Below are positions 27,214 to 41,427 of a DNA stretch of 64,000 nucleotides, in pieces. Source of the DNA: Octopus sinensis (taxonomy: Eukaryota); NCBI RefSeq assembly GCF_006345805.1, contig NC_043002.1, forward strand, positions 6,510,001-6,574,000, written 5' to 3'. How positions within the stretch are numbered: the stretch's first letter is position 1; each line of letters opens with the position of its first letter. Both the position numbers and the translations under genes were made by a program. Below the pieces are notes generated by a model that had not been told where the DNA came from, made no database searches, and saw nothing but the letters and a program-made list of their open reading frames with translations.

Positions 27214-28228
27214 TGTATGTATGTATGTATGTATGTATGTATGTTTGTATGTATCGTTCGTATGAATATATGTATATGTGTATGACTTTATGATGTGCGT
27301 GAATATAAACATGAAAATGAAATATGAAAACTTTTTCCTATCTTCCTGTCCAAGAAACCTCAGGCTTCATCTCTATGAATAAAAGCAATCATCTTAATAT
27401 TCCAAAGATTAGGGATTTGTATTCTGTGGGATAAATTGTCATTTCTTTGGAAGGTATATTGCCTCCAGTATATAAACTAACGCTAAAAAAATAACATTAA
27501 TGATTATTTGTTATTAAGTGGTGAAACTGATTGCAAACGCTTGCAGCGAGGCCCCTTCCCACCAGGAACCCATCTGTGTAAGTTCACCCCATATAACAAA
27601 TGCATCTTAGAGGAATAATAACATTATAATCGTGGTTCATTGATTAATGAAAATAATAATGTAATTGTGGTGAGAGAGAGTGGTGGATTGACAGAAAAAA
27701 AAGGAAGAAAATAATCGTAGAGCTGCGCTATGTGTTTTGGGGTATTTGATTCTGTTCTTCCATGTTTTTAGAGCAAATCTTTTTCGGTTCGAATTCACCT
27801 TTATTCTTTTCTAAAGTTATAAAGCTCTACTCTGAGGTACTTTTTCTCGGCCGTACTGTACATATATACAATCCAATACCACTGCGTCCTTTCTCATTCT
27901 AAATGTATTGCTCAGTTATAAGATCAGAATATGTTTTGTTATGGAGATCGAATAAGATAGAGCTATATCCGTTGCCTGCATGGGTTTCCTTTGAAAAGAG
28001 CATCTATCTTCACCTGTATCGTCATTATTTTTTATACATTTCAATTAACTGATTTCATTGCAATTATCTCCCTTAATTTTTATTACAAGTCAAGGACAAT
28101 ATTTAAAGCATATATATTAATAGATAATATTTATTCTATCAAATGCAGACAGATGAATGTTAAAATCGATCTCCATTGTATGTAAAACGGAACATGAAGT
28201 GTCAACACTATATAGTTGTATATAGAAG

Positions 28229-28853
28229 ACGGCGAGCTGGCAAACACATTAACGGTATTTCGTCTGTCGTTACGTTCTGAGTTCAAATTCCGCCGAGGTC
28301 GACTTTGCCTTTCATCTTTTCGGGGTCGATAAATAAAGTACCAATTACGCACTAGGGTCGATGTAAGTTATTATTATTGACTCCAACGGATGGAAAAATG
28401 AAAATTAGTTATCACATTTTGCATTGACTGGTATAAGAAGGCGGGCGAGCTGGCAGAAGCGTTAGCACGTCGGGCGAAATGCCTAGCGGTGTTTCGTCTG
28501 CCTTTACGTTCTGAGTTCAAATTCCGCCGAGGTCGACTTTACCTTTCATCCTTTTGGGGTCGATTAAATAAGTACCAGTTATGCACTGGGGTCGATATAA
28601 TCGACTTAATCCGATTGTCTGTCCTTGCTTGTCCTCTCTGTGTTTAGCCCCTTGCGGGTAGTAAAGAAATAAGTATTTCGTCTGTCTTTACGTTCTGAGT
28701 TCAAATTCCGCCGAGGTTGACTTTGCCTTTCATCCTTGCGGGGTCGATTAAATAAGTACCAGTTATGCACTGGGGTCAATGTAATTGACTTGACCCGTTT
28801 GTCTGTCCTTGTTTGTCCCCTCTATAATTAACCCCTTGTGAGCAATAAAGAAA
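28229..28853 (+). mobile_element. SINE family B cluster: one partial copy plus a head-to-tail dimer
   Basis: GAGTTCAAATTCCGCCGAGGT occurs three times (near 28279, 28513, 28697). Confidence 0.88.
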
Positions 28854-29729
28854 TATATATAGCTGTATATAATAATTAATGATAATTAATGTAGGGAACT
28901 AACTAAAAATAATAGATCGGGGAAAGAAATATCAGTTAGCGATAAGAAAGATGTGAACTATTTCGGCTCGTACGGGAAGCATTTCCGTGTTTTAGTCTAT
29001 TATGTTTTAGTCTATTATGACCTCCTGAATAAAATGTATGTAGATTTCACTTTGTTGACGAAGTTATGACAATAAATTGACCAGGAAGTTTGTGTATAGT
29101 CGCTTGACCAGCGAGGAAAAGCACCTAAAGTTCCCTAAAATGACACTTTACTATCTTTAAAAAGAGAAGGAGATACCTGGAGCGCCGCTAAATAGATTAG
29201 TTATGGCTTGAATGTTTTTGATCATAGGTCCTGATTGTTCAGGGCAGAAATAGAACTAGAAAACATCAACAAGATCTTGCACTGTTCAATACAAAAAAAT
29301 AATTGTTTTGGCATAAATAACTTCGAGTAGTTTGTTTTAGTTCTGTACTATATTATGAACGATAAATATCGCCTGGAGGTTCCTTGTAGGTGCTTCTACC
29401 TCTGGTTTTAATACTAGGCTGAATGTCGTATAAACTCGCCTTGCACAGATCATCTTAGTTAATCATCATTGGCTGCTATAAAAACATATTTGAAAACGTG
29501 TCGTGTGAATGATGACAGCAACAAAGAGTGAATGGGAAAACTGTCAAATCCTATTGTCTTCAGATTAAAAAAAAGAAAGAAAGAAAAGAACACAGATAAC
29601 ATCAGATAATGCGGTCCTAGATTTCCTGCGCATTGTAAACTTCGCATGGTCACGGCTGGAATGTCTTTGATACTCGGCCTTCTCAGGGTTGACTTGAGAT
29701 TAAACACCTGGATCAAAATTAGTTTTAAA

Positions 29730-30520
29730 TTTTGGCACAAGGCCAGCAATTTCATGGATGGATGGCAGTCAATGATATCGATCCCAGTGCTCAGTTGGTA
29801 CTCATTTTATTGATACCGAAAGGGTGAAAGGCAAAGTCAACCCCGGTAGTATTTGAACTCAGAACGTAAAGACGGAATTAATGACATCAAGCATTTTGTT
29901 GACCTCAGTGCTCAATTGGTACTTATTTTACCGTCACCAAAACAAAAAAAGGCAAAGTCAACCTCGGTTGATTTGGAACTCACAAAGTAAAATCAGAAGA
30001 AATGCCACTTAGCATTTTACTCAGCACGGTGACGATTCTGCCGACTCGCAATCTTAATGCCAACCATAAATAAACCTTTCTATTATTGACACAAAACCTG
30101 AAACTTTGAGAGGAGGGAAAGTCGGTTACAACAACCCAGTATTCAACTAGTACTTATTTTATCTACTCTGAAAGGATGAAACGAAAAGTCAACCTCTGCG
30201 AAGTTTGAACTTAACAAAACGGTGGACGACATGCCGCTAAGTATTTTGACCAGAGTGCTAACGATTCTGCCAGCTTACCGTCTTATTGCCCACCATAAAT
30301 AATCCCTTCTATTATAGGCACAAGGCCTGAAATTTTGAGGGAGGAAGATTAGTCAATTACATCGACCTCAGTGCTTGCCTGGTACTTATTTTATCGACCC
30401 CGAAAGGATGAAAGACAAATTCAATCACGGTGGAATTTGAACTCAGAACGTAAGGACGGACATAATACCACTAAGCATTTTGCCCAGCGTGCAAACGATT
30501 CTACCAGCTCGCCGCCTAAA
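29730..30520 (-). mobile_element. Tandem run of about four decayed SINE family B-related units
   Basis: Repeated GTACT(T/C)ATTTTAT..AAAGTCAACC..TTTGAACT blocks. Confidence 0.75.
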
Positions 30521-30624
30521 ATTGACAACCCTAATCCTAAACCCCTTGTGGGTCGTTGGGGCGCTGCAGCTTTGAAGCGTATCTCGGGCGAGAGAGCCTG
30601 GTGGAGCCCAACCCTCTCCAGGTT

Positions 30625-30845
30625 AAACTCATTTCTACCGCTGAGTGGACTAGAGCAACGTGAAATGAAGTGTTTTGTTCAAGAACACAAGAATGCCCGG
30701 GCCAGGATCGAAGCCAAAATCTAACGGTCGCGAATCCAACACTAAGCGACGCGCCTCCACTAGTGGAACTCATTTCTACAGCTGACTGGACTGGAGCAGC
30801 GTAAATTGAAGTATTTTTACTCAAGATCACAACGCATCGTCCGGC
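30625..30845 (-). mobile_element. SINE family D, two tandem fragments
   Basis: AACTCATTTCTAC..GCTGA..GGACT.GAGCA.CGT occurs twice. Confidence 0.7.
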
Positions 30846-31513
30846 CTTTAAATTGCCTACAAATAAATATTGCCAACATTTTCCAAACGAAAGAGATCAG
30901 CTAAAAAAAAAAAACAATTTTTTAAAGAAAAGAAACACTATTACATCAACCACCACCATCACAATAACACACTATGCATAAATTTCACACCAGCCTTTCA
31001 CTAAATAATATTGTTTTTTAACCACCGAGACGTATCACCTGCAGAGGCGTGCCGTGAAATTTTGAGGTGAGCCAGAAAATTCGGAGGTACTTCAAAAATT
31101 GGGGGGAATTTTAATGCACCGCACCAGTGCATCGTTGCATACGCAGTCATTTGTGACAGAGTGCAATGCGTACATACTAATTCTTATTTAAAAAATTTTG
31201 AAAAATGTATATGTATGTATGTGTGTATGTATGCATCGGCAGAAAAAATATAGAAGTAATTCATGTGTCTTGTGCATTGAGCTTGTTAAATTCTAATTTG
31301 TGCAATGCAGAAAGCTTTCGTTTCCTGAGTCACCTTACACTTACATAATTTTACATAAGCGATTGAAAACTAGAAATATACATATGGGCTCCATGTCATT
31401 TCTCCAGTCTTACTCACCAACCACATGCACAAGTACAAACGACCCCCAACCACACAGGCACATACGCACGTGCATACACACTAACACATATGTACATACA
31501 TACATACACACAC

Positions 31514-31552
<39 letters not shown>

Positions 31553-31626
31553 AAATGTGATTGCGTGTGTACCGTTGGCGATTTTTTTCCTCCGTCTTCC
31601 TTTCCTTGGATCTTTCCTTTTCCTAT

Positions 31627-31661
31627 GTTTCTGACGAAGAGCTCCGCTCGAAACGTTAAAT
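31627..31661 (+). ncRNA. Minimal type I hammerhead ribozyme within a Penelope-like pLTR fragment (~31565-31765)
   Basis: GTTT-CTGACGA-A-GAGC-TCC-GCTC-GAAA-CG-TT-AAAT: canonical CUGANGA and GAAA boxes, 4-bp stem II, palindromic AACGTT in place of stem III. Confidence 0.75.
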
Positions 31662-32121
31662 CTTCTTTCTTTCTTTCTTTTCCTGAGAGTCCAATAATAC
31701 TATATTTGTTCCACGTCCTCGCGTTGTTGTATTTTCTCTTTGTGTTTTCATGCTTGGATTAACTTTATTATATATATATATACATTCACATACACGTGAG
31801 TATGTTTTTGTGTGTGTGTCTTTGTGTGTATGGGTGTGCGACAGTATGTGCTTGAGTGTGTGTTGCTTGGCTTAGCGAGTGTACATATATACATGCTGGT
31901 TTGAAAACAAAGAATTTTGGGAAACTAATGTGGAGCCGTAACATTGTTAATCACCTTCTTTCAGTAAGTTGAGAATGGAAAAATGCCTCAGATTACTGTG
32001 GTATAGTCTAAGAAGAAAGGATACCAAAAAGATACATTAAACACGGCTTGAATATATCCAACCATGGGCCTCTTTGTTGAGAGATGATCCACCACCACCA
32101 CCAATAACAACAACAACAACA

Positions 32122-32480
32122 GTGGAGGCACAATGGCCCAGTGGTTAGGGCATCGGTCTCGCGGTCGGATGATCGCGGTTTCGATTCCCAGACCGGGCGT
32201 TGTGTGTGTTTGTTGAGCAAAAACACCTAAAGCTCCACGAGGCTCCGGCATGGGTTGGTGGCGACCCCTGTTGTACTCTTTCTCTCACTCTTTCTTCCTG
32301 TTTCTTGTCCCCGAATTCCTACGCAACCGCTGAGCCTGGATGCGCATTCATCCATCTGTCGATGCTGTCGGTGTCGAGGGTTGACCTGCTTTCTCTTCTG
32401 CTGGTCTTACGAATAGCAAAGGACCACGTTTCGGACTTCTCCTATCTTGCGAGCTCTAGGACGAAGACCGTTCGCTCAAC
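32122..32480 (+). mobile_element. tRNA-derived SINE family C, inserted in (CAA)n
   Basis: A box TGGCCCAGTGG, B box GTTTCGATTCC; homologous to 54238-54598. Confidence 0.88.
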
Positions 32481-33019
32481 AGCAACCACCACCAACAACA
32501 ACAACAACATCATCTACATTAACTAGTACTACTAAATCCAAAATGCCAAATATGTCGAATGCGTGAAACGATCTCTTCTGGAATGTTGGCCACGGCAGGG
32601 TTTCTTAAGTAAAACTAATACTTGTTCTGTTGTGTCTGGGGAGAGTCATTCTCTTTTGGTGCCTTGTAATTTAACACACACACCGGTCAAATTTCAACTT
32701 ATTTCTTTTTTATTTCCCTAAAATTTTCGTTGCGTCTTGCAAGCTTTTCAATAGTTTTGACTCTGTCCGTTACTCACGCTGCGTTCTTTTTGATTTGTTT
32801 GTGCGCATGTGTGTGGATCATTGTGTGTATGTGTGTGTGTGCGTGCCTATACATGCATGCATGTATGTATGCGTGTATGTGTGTGCGTGCATATGTATCT
32901 ATTTATGTATGTACATTTGTATGTATATATTCTGCATATTCATGTGTTTGTATGTTTTTATATATATGTGTGTGCATGTGCGTGTGTGTTTGTATATGTA
33001 TGTGTCTACCTCTGTCTCC

Positions 33020-33158
33020 TTGTGTGTGCAAAAGAGACCGATAAAATAATAACTAGGCTTACAAAGAATAAGTCCTGGGGGCGATTTGCTCGACTAAAGG
33101 CGGTGCTCCAACACGGCCACATTGAGATGACTGAAATAAGTAAAAGAGTAAAGGAGTA
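33020..33158 (+). mobile_element. SINE family A, 3' part
   Basis: GCAAAAGAGACCGATA..AAGGCGGTGCTCCA..GACTGAAA. Confidence 0.75.
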
Positions 33159-33412
33159 AGTTCACTTTGAAACCATGAGAACCCGACTTAATTTTGCTGC
33201 GTGACATCATAAGAAAATGCCTTTTATTACCTTAGGCTGATTCTAGTATTTTGGTTGAAACTGGGAGGGCAGTTTCATATCTACGCATTTTCTGATTTTC
33301 ATTGAAATCGTGTGGAACCCATTTGTCGATCATCCTTGATTTTCCAATCCCATGCAAAGGGTTTCAGGCACTTTTCTGGCTAACCTGAAGATCTTTTACC
33401 AGTTCATAACTG

Positions 33413-33635
33413 ACGGCGAGCTGGCAGAAACGTTAGCAAGCCGGGCGAAATGCGTAGCTGTATTTCGTCTGCCGCTACGTTCTGAGTTCAAATTCCGCCG
33501 AGGTCGACTTTGTCTTTCATCCTTTCCGGGTTGATAAACTAAGTACCAATTAAGCACTGGGGTCGATGTAATCGACTTAATGTCCTTGTTTGTCCCCTCT
33601 ATGTTTAGCCCCTTGTGGGCAATAAAGAAATAAGA
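33413..33635 (+). mobile_element. SINE family B
   Basis: Matches the other family B copies. Confidence 0.88.
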
Positions 33636-33739
33636 AACTGTTCCAGGGTCTGTTGGATGGAGAGTATGAGCAATTCAAACAGTTACATACTTAACTAGGC
33701 TGATTCTCACTCAGAACTGTGTTAAGAGCAGTGTGTGTA

Positions 33740-33770
<31 letters not shown>

Positions 33771-34381
33771 TTCAGTCTGTTTGTCTGTCTGTTTGCCTGT
33801 CTGTCTGTGTCTATGTGTGTAAAACATCCAACCACTTTATGTCAATTTAATGAAGAGACAGTTCAGTTGGTCGATCAACTAAAGTACTCATCGTCGAAAC
33901 CGATGGAGACCCATTTTTACGGCATTAGCCAATATCGCAAGAGTCACTGCTGTTGATATAAAAACATATAAAAACGAACAAGATCCCTCAACTGCAAAAA
34001 ATATATATATAATAATATTAATAAACAAATAAAAACAATACAGTCTGCAGCAGGAATTGTGGTTGGTGCTGTGGTGGTGGAGGCGGTGGTATTGGTGTTA
34101 TGAAATGGTAGCGGTCTTTGTTATGGCCGCTGCTGTGTGTTTGGTAGTCTGTTATTGTTGTGAGGGTGGAGCCCGAAGCAATTAAAGTCACGTGTCACGA
34201 GGACACGATCCTAATTCAATAGATGATACTCAGACACACACTTCCGTGTTAATTCTTCGTCGCCATTCAAATATCGTTTAATTAGTTTGAAGTGCGGCAT
34301 ATTTTGGACGAGCGACAGAGCGATAGCTCTTAAAGACACACACACACATGCACACACACACGCACACACACATACACACCA

Positions 34382-34425
<44 letters not shown>

Positions 34426-34736
34426 TCGATGTACGTGTGTGTGTGGCGGTACATGCATAAATGCATATAAGCACAAACGCATACACGCGTGGAATAAAAT
34501 ACACCACAATAGATACATGTAAATAATTCACACAAATGTAAAATATGTTTCCCTCATGTGAGAAAGACAAACAAAAGGTAACAATGGACAGTAAACGTAA
34601 ATAAACACATACATACACGCCACCATATCTACGTATGCATATATGTATATATATATTTGCCTATATTTATCTGTCTGTCTGTCTATCTATTCATCAATCT
34701 ATCTATCTGTCGGTCGGTCGGTCTCTCTATCTCTCA

Positions 34737-34794
<58 letters not shown>

Positions 34795-34967
34795 ATGCAT
34801 GTGTGTGTATGTGTGTGTGTGGGGGGGGTTGTGTGTGTATACACGCATACATACATAATTACTTAAGGCAGTGCTCCAGTATGGCCGAGACAAATGACTG
34901 AAAGAAATATAATAAAAGAATATATAAATATATGTATAGTAACATAAATATCTATTATATCTTGTAT

Positions 34968-35037
<70 letters not shown>

Positions 35038-35129
35038 AAGTGTGCCGAAAGCCAGCTGGAGGAGATATTCTCCTGGGGCTAAAAGCTACAGAAACACCCA
35101 CCCTTAGTGGTTAGCCATATTGAGATGGC

Positions 35130-35805
35130 AAGTATACCTCACATTGTGTAAATTGCGATAAAAGGTGGATTTCTGTACAATAATAAAGAACGTTCTTTGC
35201 AATAGTGGAACCGAAACGAAGCACCGAAAACCTTCCCTAAACTCGAGCCCTTCAAAAAAAAAAAGAGGTTATAGTGACTGTTTGGGGATGTACTGCTGGT
35301 CTCATCCACTAGAACTTCTTAAAACCTGGTAAAACCATTACGGTAGAAACATACTGCCATGAAATTGCCAGAATGAACGAGAAACTGCTATGCTTCTGTC
35401 CTTGGCTGGTCAGCAGAAGAGGGCCAATCATTCTTCATGACAATGCTCGACCACACGTTTCACTAATGACGCTCCAGAAGTTGAGGGAACTTGGCTACGA
35501 AGTTATTCCCTAATCAGCTTATTCCCCAGATCTGTCTCATACCGACTACCGCTGTTTCAAACACTTTGATGGTTTCCTGTGAGAGAAGAGGTTAAAAAAT
35601 TACACCGATGCTGAAAGTGCATTCAAAGAGTTCATCAGCTCCAGAACTCCAGATTTTTAGGTTACCGAAATAAAGAATCTTGTAATTCGTTGGCAAAAAT
35701 GTGTTGATTGTAATGGTACTTTGATGAATAAAATTTCCAAATTGTTGAAATATATTGTGATGAATTTCATGCTTCAAAACGTTGCATACTTTTTACTCAG
35801 ATTAA
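35130..35805 (+). mobile_element. Decayed mariner transposase (Mos1/Hsmar1-type, DD34D), 3' half
   Basis: VIVTVWGCTAGLIH*NFLKPGKTITVETYC..GPIILHDNARPH..LQKLRELGYEV..YSPDLSHTDY; TIR-like end TACTTTTTACTCAGATTAATA. Confidence 0.88.
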
Positions 35806-35822
35806 TATATATATATATATAA

Positions 35823-35854
<32 letters not shown>

Positions 35855-35902
35855 GCATGTATGTATGTATGTAGTATGTATGTATGTATGTATGTATGTA
35901 TG

Positions 35903-35963
<61 letters not shown>

Positions 35964-36081
35964 TTATATATATATATATAATCCGTAATAATGAAGGGTG
36001 AAATTAATTAATTGGAAAAATATCAATTACACCAAGTAGTCTTCGGCATGTAAAAGCCTCATTCGAGGAAAATTTAAGTAA

Positions 36082-36351
36082 TACTAAGCAATAGGGTTTA
36101 GCAACGAGTTGCCTTACCACATACCGAATTTAGAAATAGCAGTCAAGGGTTATAGCTATTTCTTCTACTAAAAAGGGAGATCTCAGTAAAAACAGCATTT
36201 GGAAGGCAGACACCTGTTTGTGTCTGCCTTCCAAATGCTTGTTTTACTGAGATCTCCCTTTTTAGTAGAAGAAATAGCTATAACCTTTGACTGCTATTTC
36301 TAAATTCGGTATGTGGTAAGGCAACTCGTTGCTAAACCCTTATGCTTAGTA
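36082..36351. repeat. ~270-bp near-perfect palindrome
   Basis: Arms 36082-36213 and 36220-36351 with loop CTGTTT; sits between (TA)n tracts. Confidence 0.95.
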
Positions 36352-36834
36352 ATATTATTATTATATATATATATAATATATATATATATATACATACATG
36401 CATACATATCTACATATACATTTGTGTATGTATATATATATATGTATATATGTGCGAGCTGGTGAATACATAACCACATACATGCATGCATGCAAACACG
36501 TGCATAATGCATATGTGTGTGTTTGTTGTGTGTTGCTGCGCATCACTTGACTCTTAGTCTTTATTACGTGTTTTAACAGGTTTACGTTCATAATATGCAT
36601 TAGCGCAAAATGCATACCTATGCACACGCATATGTACCATTGCTTGCACGCTCTCGCCTCTCTCCGGTTCGCGTGTAAGTATCTGTGTTTTCGTGTGGAA
36701 AGTGTTACGTATAAGAAGCATACGCATAATACATAGATGGATACGTACATGCATAAATACATACTTTTATAATAATAATAAAAACCTCAAAACATTGCCG
36801 GGCACTGGCTCTGATCTGACTTCTCAACTGAACT

Positions 36835-37020
36835 GTTTTAGCCCCTTGTGGGTAGTAAAGAAATATGTATTTTGTCTGCCGCTACGTTCTGAGTTCAAAT
36901 TCCGTCAAGGTCAACTTTGCCTTTCATCCTTTCGGGGTCGATTAAATAAGTATCATTTACGCACTGGGGTCGATATAATCGACTTAATCCGTTTGTCTGT
37001 CCTTGTTTGTCCTCTGTGTA
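36835..37020 (+). mobile_element. SINE family B, partial dimer junction
   Basis: Tail GCCCCTTGTGGGTAGTAAAGAAATA is followed by the body of a second unit. Confidence 0.8.
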
Positions 37021-37417
37021 GCGTAGATTTGCTTGACAGTATCTTGATATTAACCAGTTGAGCATGTTCTCAGTATCTGATATGTGCATTTCTGATCATG
37101 AGTAGGAATAGAGGAGAAGCATCATAGCCGCGTGTTGAGTGGAATTCTATGGTCTTTGAATAATTCACCTCTGGAAACATGGATATTTCATTCTCCATCC
37201 TTAAACAACTCTTATTTAGGGACGTTTTCGACCTGAAGAAATTTCCAACTGGGCCCCCATCTGTAAGTTCATGCGCTGTTCATTTTGATACTTATCCCCA
37301 TGCCGTTGCAGATATGGTTGTGATTCATGTGCCTGGTGGACCACTTTCAGATGGAAAGTCAAGATGGGTGTACTGGGATTCGTATATCTGTAGGTTTGAA
37401 AGCATGTGCTGCCCTAT

Positions 37418-37488
<71 letters not shown>

Positions 37489-37501
37489 GCTACTACTGCT
37501 G

Positions 37502-37537
<36 letters not shown>

Positions 37538-37579
37538 ATACTACTACTAATAATAATAATAATAATAATAATAATCATT

Positions 37580-37972
37580 TCTACTCTAGGCACAAGGCCC
37601 GAAATTTGGAGGGAGGGGGCCAGTCTATTAGATCGACCCCAGTATGCAACTGGTACTTAATTTATGGACCCCGAAAGGATGAAAAGCAAAGTCGACCTCG
37701 GCGGAATTTGAACTCAGAATGTAAAGAAAAACGAAATACCTATTTCTTTACTACCCACAAGAGGCTAAACACAGAGGATAAACAAGGACAGACAAACTGA
37801 TTAAGTCGATTATATCGACCCCAATGCGTTACTGGTACTTATTTAATCGACCCCCAAAAGGATGAAAGGCGAAGTCGACCTCGGCGGAATTTGAACTCAG
37901 AACGTAACGGCAGACGAAATACTGCTAAGCATTTCACCCGGTGTGCTAATGTTTCTGCCAGCTCGCCGCCTT
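37580..37972 (-). mobile_element. SINE family B dimer
   Basis: AAGTCGACCTCGGCGGAATTTGAACTCAGAA occurs twice; flanked by (AAT)n. Confidence 0.88.
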
Positions 37973-38000
37973 AATAATAATAATAATAATAACAATATGG

Positions 38001-38048
<48 letters not shown>

Positions 38049-38324
38049 TAATTACAATTTTGGCGCAAAGTAAGAAAGTTGAGGGGTGGGAGATTGTTGA
38101 TTATAGCGCCCCCATTACTTGATTACCACTTTGTATTCTCGACCCTGAAAGATTCAACTCAGAGTTGACCTCGGCGGGATTTGAACTCAGAATGTAATAG
38201 CTGAAACATATGCCGTAAAGCAGATTTTCAGACGCCCAAACGAATTTTCCTGCCCACTGTCTTGACCATTGCTACGAGACAAGTATTGACATGGATAAAT
38301 TACACAAACTGGTTGTTGACTAAA

Positions 38325-38470
38325 AATCGATTATGAAAAATCTGTTATGAATCGATTATGAAAAATCTGGTATGAATCGATTATGAAAAATCTGGTATGA
38401 ATCGATTATGAAAAATCTGGTATGAATCGATTATGAAAAATCTGGTATGAATCGATTGTGAGAAATCTAT
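38325..38470. repeat. 25-bp minisatellite AATCGATTATGAAAAATCTGGTATG, ~5.7 copies
   Basis: Directly visible; no spacers. Confidence 0.95.
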
Positions 38471-39408
38471 GAAAAATAAACAACAGAATAGAAAGAGATG
38501 TAATGATTGTTGCATCAAATTAGTGTTAAACAGAATATCCTCTATATTTCATATTAAACTTACTCTCCTAAGTGTTCCCGATCTATAAATCGCATGTCAC
38601 GCAGACCGCTTCAATTTGCTTTCAGAAAACGTAAAAGAATGATGCACCAACTCTCCGCCCTCATTTTCCTCTCTAAATAGTTTCTAAAGATGTTGTTGAC
38701 ATTTTCAGGAGCCGAAGAGGCAAATTGCTTCTACTCGGTCCTTTGTATCTTGGCGACCATAGAACCGAGAACGTTGGCACCGCGAAATGCCTGGGCACAA
38801 ACCCTTTGCCTGGATTCGGTTTTGAAAACAGAATTAAACAAATGAAGTAACGGTGTTATAACAAATAAAAGAAAAATATTGGATCCTTATGATAAGTATG
38901 TTAGCGCACGAGTTAGCACATCGACACAATATAAATCAACGACAAAGCCTCTCAGCTATCGCTCGAAATGCTAGAAATAACAACCAAATCTTCCTCAAAT
39001 TGCCCTGTACAGATTCGAAAAAGGAAGGACACTTTGAAACATGTATCATAAATATGCGAATAGACTTGTTAAAACTGGAACAGCTTTCACCATAAGTTTG
39101 CTTCATCGATGACGACCAAGCGTAAACAATGATAATATGATTAACAGGGTGTCACAGAATCTTGATTCTGGTTTTCCTTTTATTTATATTTAGTTTCCTT
39201 GCAACCAGATGATTAAAAATATAATATTGAAAAGAAGAAACACACACACACAAACACAGACACGTACACACACACGTACACATATATATATGTATTTGCA
39301 TATATTGTATACATACTCCCAAATATATGTACGTCTGTGTGTATGTATGTATGTGTAGGTATGTGTATATGTGAAGCACAAGACCCCATTGCAAAATGTG
39401 CATGTATG

Positions 39409-39534
<126 letters not shown>

Positions 39535-40770
39535 ATATATACATTCATTCATTCATATATACATATATACCTGTACACACATGCATATACCACCTCAAGA
39601 CTTAGAATAGTACCTATACCTTAACATGGTCCGTATTTTGTGGGGTGTTTGTAAATGTCGTATGAGTGAATCGCTCGCTATCCTTCATCATCCTAATACC
39701 CTGTTACACAAGCTCCTCTGACGTGGTCTTATCGTGTAAACATAAGTTTTATTTTACTTTTGCCCATTACATAAAGCCTTTACAATTTCGCCATACAGTT
39801 TTCAAGCTTTCACTTATTACTTAGCTGTGCTAGCAGCATTTTCTTTCTCTATTCTCAATACTTCCAGTATATCTTCCTCCTCCATTGCCTCCACCTCTAT
39901 TTCTTTCGTTCATAGATTACTTCTTCCCGTCTCTCTGAATAGTCAGCTTTTGAAAGATTGCTAAATGAGATTCCATGACCACCCTTGCACCACATTAATC
40001 TTAACTTTACCTTCCCCCTTCTCCACACGGTTTCATCTATTCTAATCCTGTTCATTCCACCTATATCATATAAATCCTCATCGTCCTTCCTGCTTTTCCT
40101 TTCTTCTCTACCTCTGTTCCTCCTTCATATACTACTTATGTTCTCCTTGCTCTCCTTGCCTTTCGTTTTTATTCTTCTTCTTCGCTGCCATCAGCCTCTA
40201 AATCTATGGTACTAATATTTTAACTGCTTTCGCCAACTTTCTTTCGATGAAGGCAGCTGGACTTATGGTAATCTCTTCGTGTAAATGCTTACCGGTTGCA
40301 TAAAGAAGACTTTTTGCACATTCTATGTGGTCATTTTGAATATTACGAGTATTACGTAACTTCTAGCAGCCTAGAGGAATTAAGAAATTCTGTATTTATT
40401 TATACCGTATGTATGTATGTATGTATGTATGTATGTATGTATGTATGTATGTATGTATGTATGTATATATATATATATAGTAAAGACACCTATATATATA
40501 TATATATGTACACATATACACATATAATTAAGGACATATATTTATATATATATACCCCCCACACACAAACACACACACACAAACATACTCGCACGCACAC
40601 ATACACACAAAAAACACACACACATACATATATATATGATATTTTCCTGAGGCTAAAACAACAGTATCATCGTCCTTTATAGGGCAGCCACATTCCATTG
40701 GCATATTAACATTACTATTCGGTATTTCTCTCGCTCAGAGATTTACAGCAAGTTGTTTCTCTGTGTGTGT

Positions 40771-41157
40771 TTGGCTGTGTAGTAAGTAGCTTGCTTACCA
40801 ACCACATGGTCCCGGGTTCATTCCCACTGCGTGGCAACTTGGGCAAGTGCCTTCTACTTTGGCCTCGGGCCGACCAAAGTCTTGTGAGTGGATTTGGTAG
40901 AGGGAAACTGAAAGAAGCTCGTCGTATATATGTATATTTGTATATGTATGTGTGTGTTTGTGTGTCTGCGTTTGTCCCCCCAACATCGCTTGTCAACCGA
41001 TGCTGGTATGTTTACGTCCCCGTAACATAGCGGTTCAGCAAAAGATACCGATAGAATAAGTACTAAGCTTCCAAAGAATAAGTCCTGGGGGTCGATTTGT
41101 TCAACTAAAGGCGGTGCTCCAGCATGGCCACAGTCAAATGACTGCTGAAAAGAAAGA

Positions 41158-41160
<3 letters not shown>
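40771..41160 (+). mobile_element. SINE family A
   Basis: Homologous to 7826-8222. Confidence 0.88.
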
Positions 41161-41193
<33 letters not shown>

Positions 41194-41344
41194 TTATTTA
41201 AAGCAGCAGAAAATTCAACAAAACTCAGAGAGTAACAGGTTTTGTTGAATTTTCTGCTGCTTTAAATAAAGCATATTACTCTACCACTGTATATATTTGT
41301 ATTTATCTTTTTTCCACCTTGTTTCACATTTATGTGTTTACTAC

Positions 41345-41427
<83 letters not shown>

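Noticed and set aside
32122-32200. tRNA gene (also near 43416 and 54598)
   Set aside because: tRNA-like head continues into a SINE body; no proper cloverleaf or terminator.
38325-38470. 25-bp repeats as a CRISPR array
   Set aside because: Units are contiguous with no spacers, no cas genes, eukaryotic context; an ordinary minisatellite.
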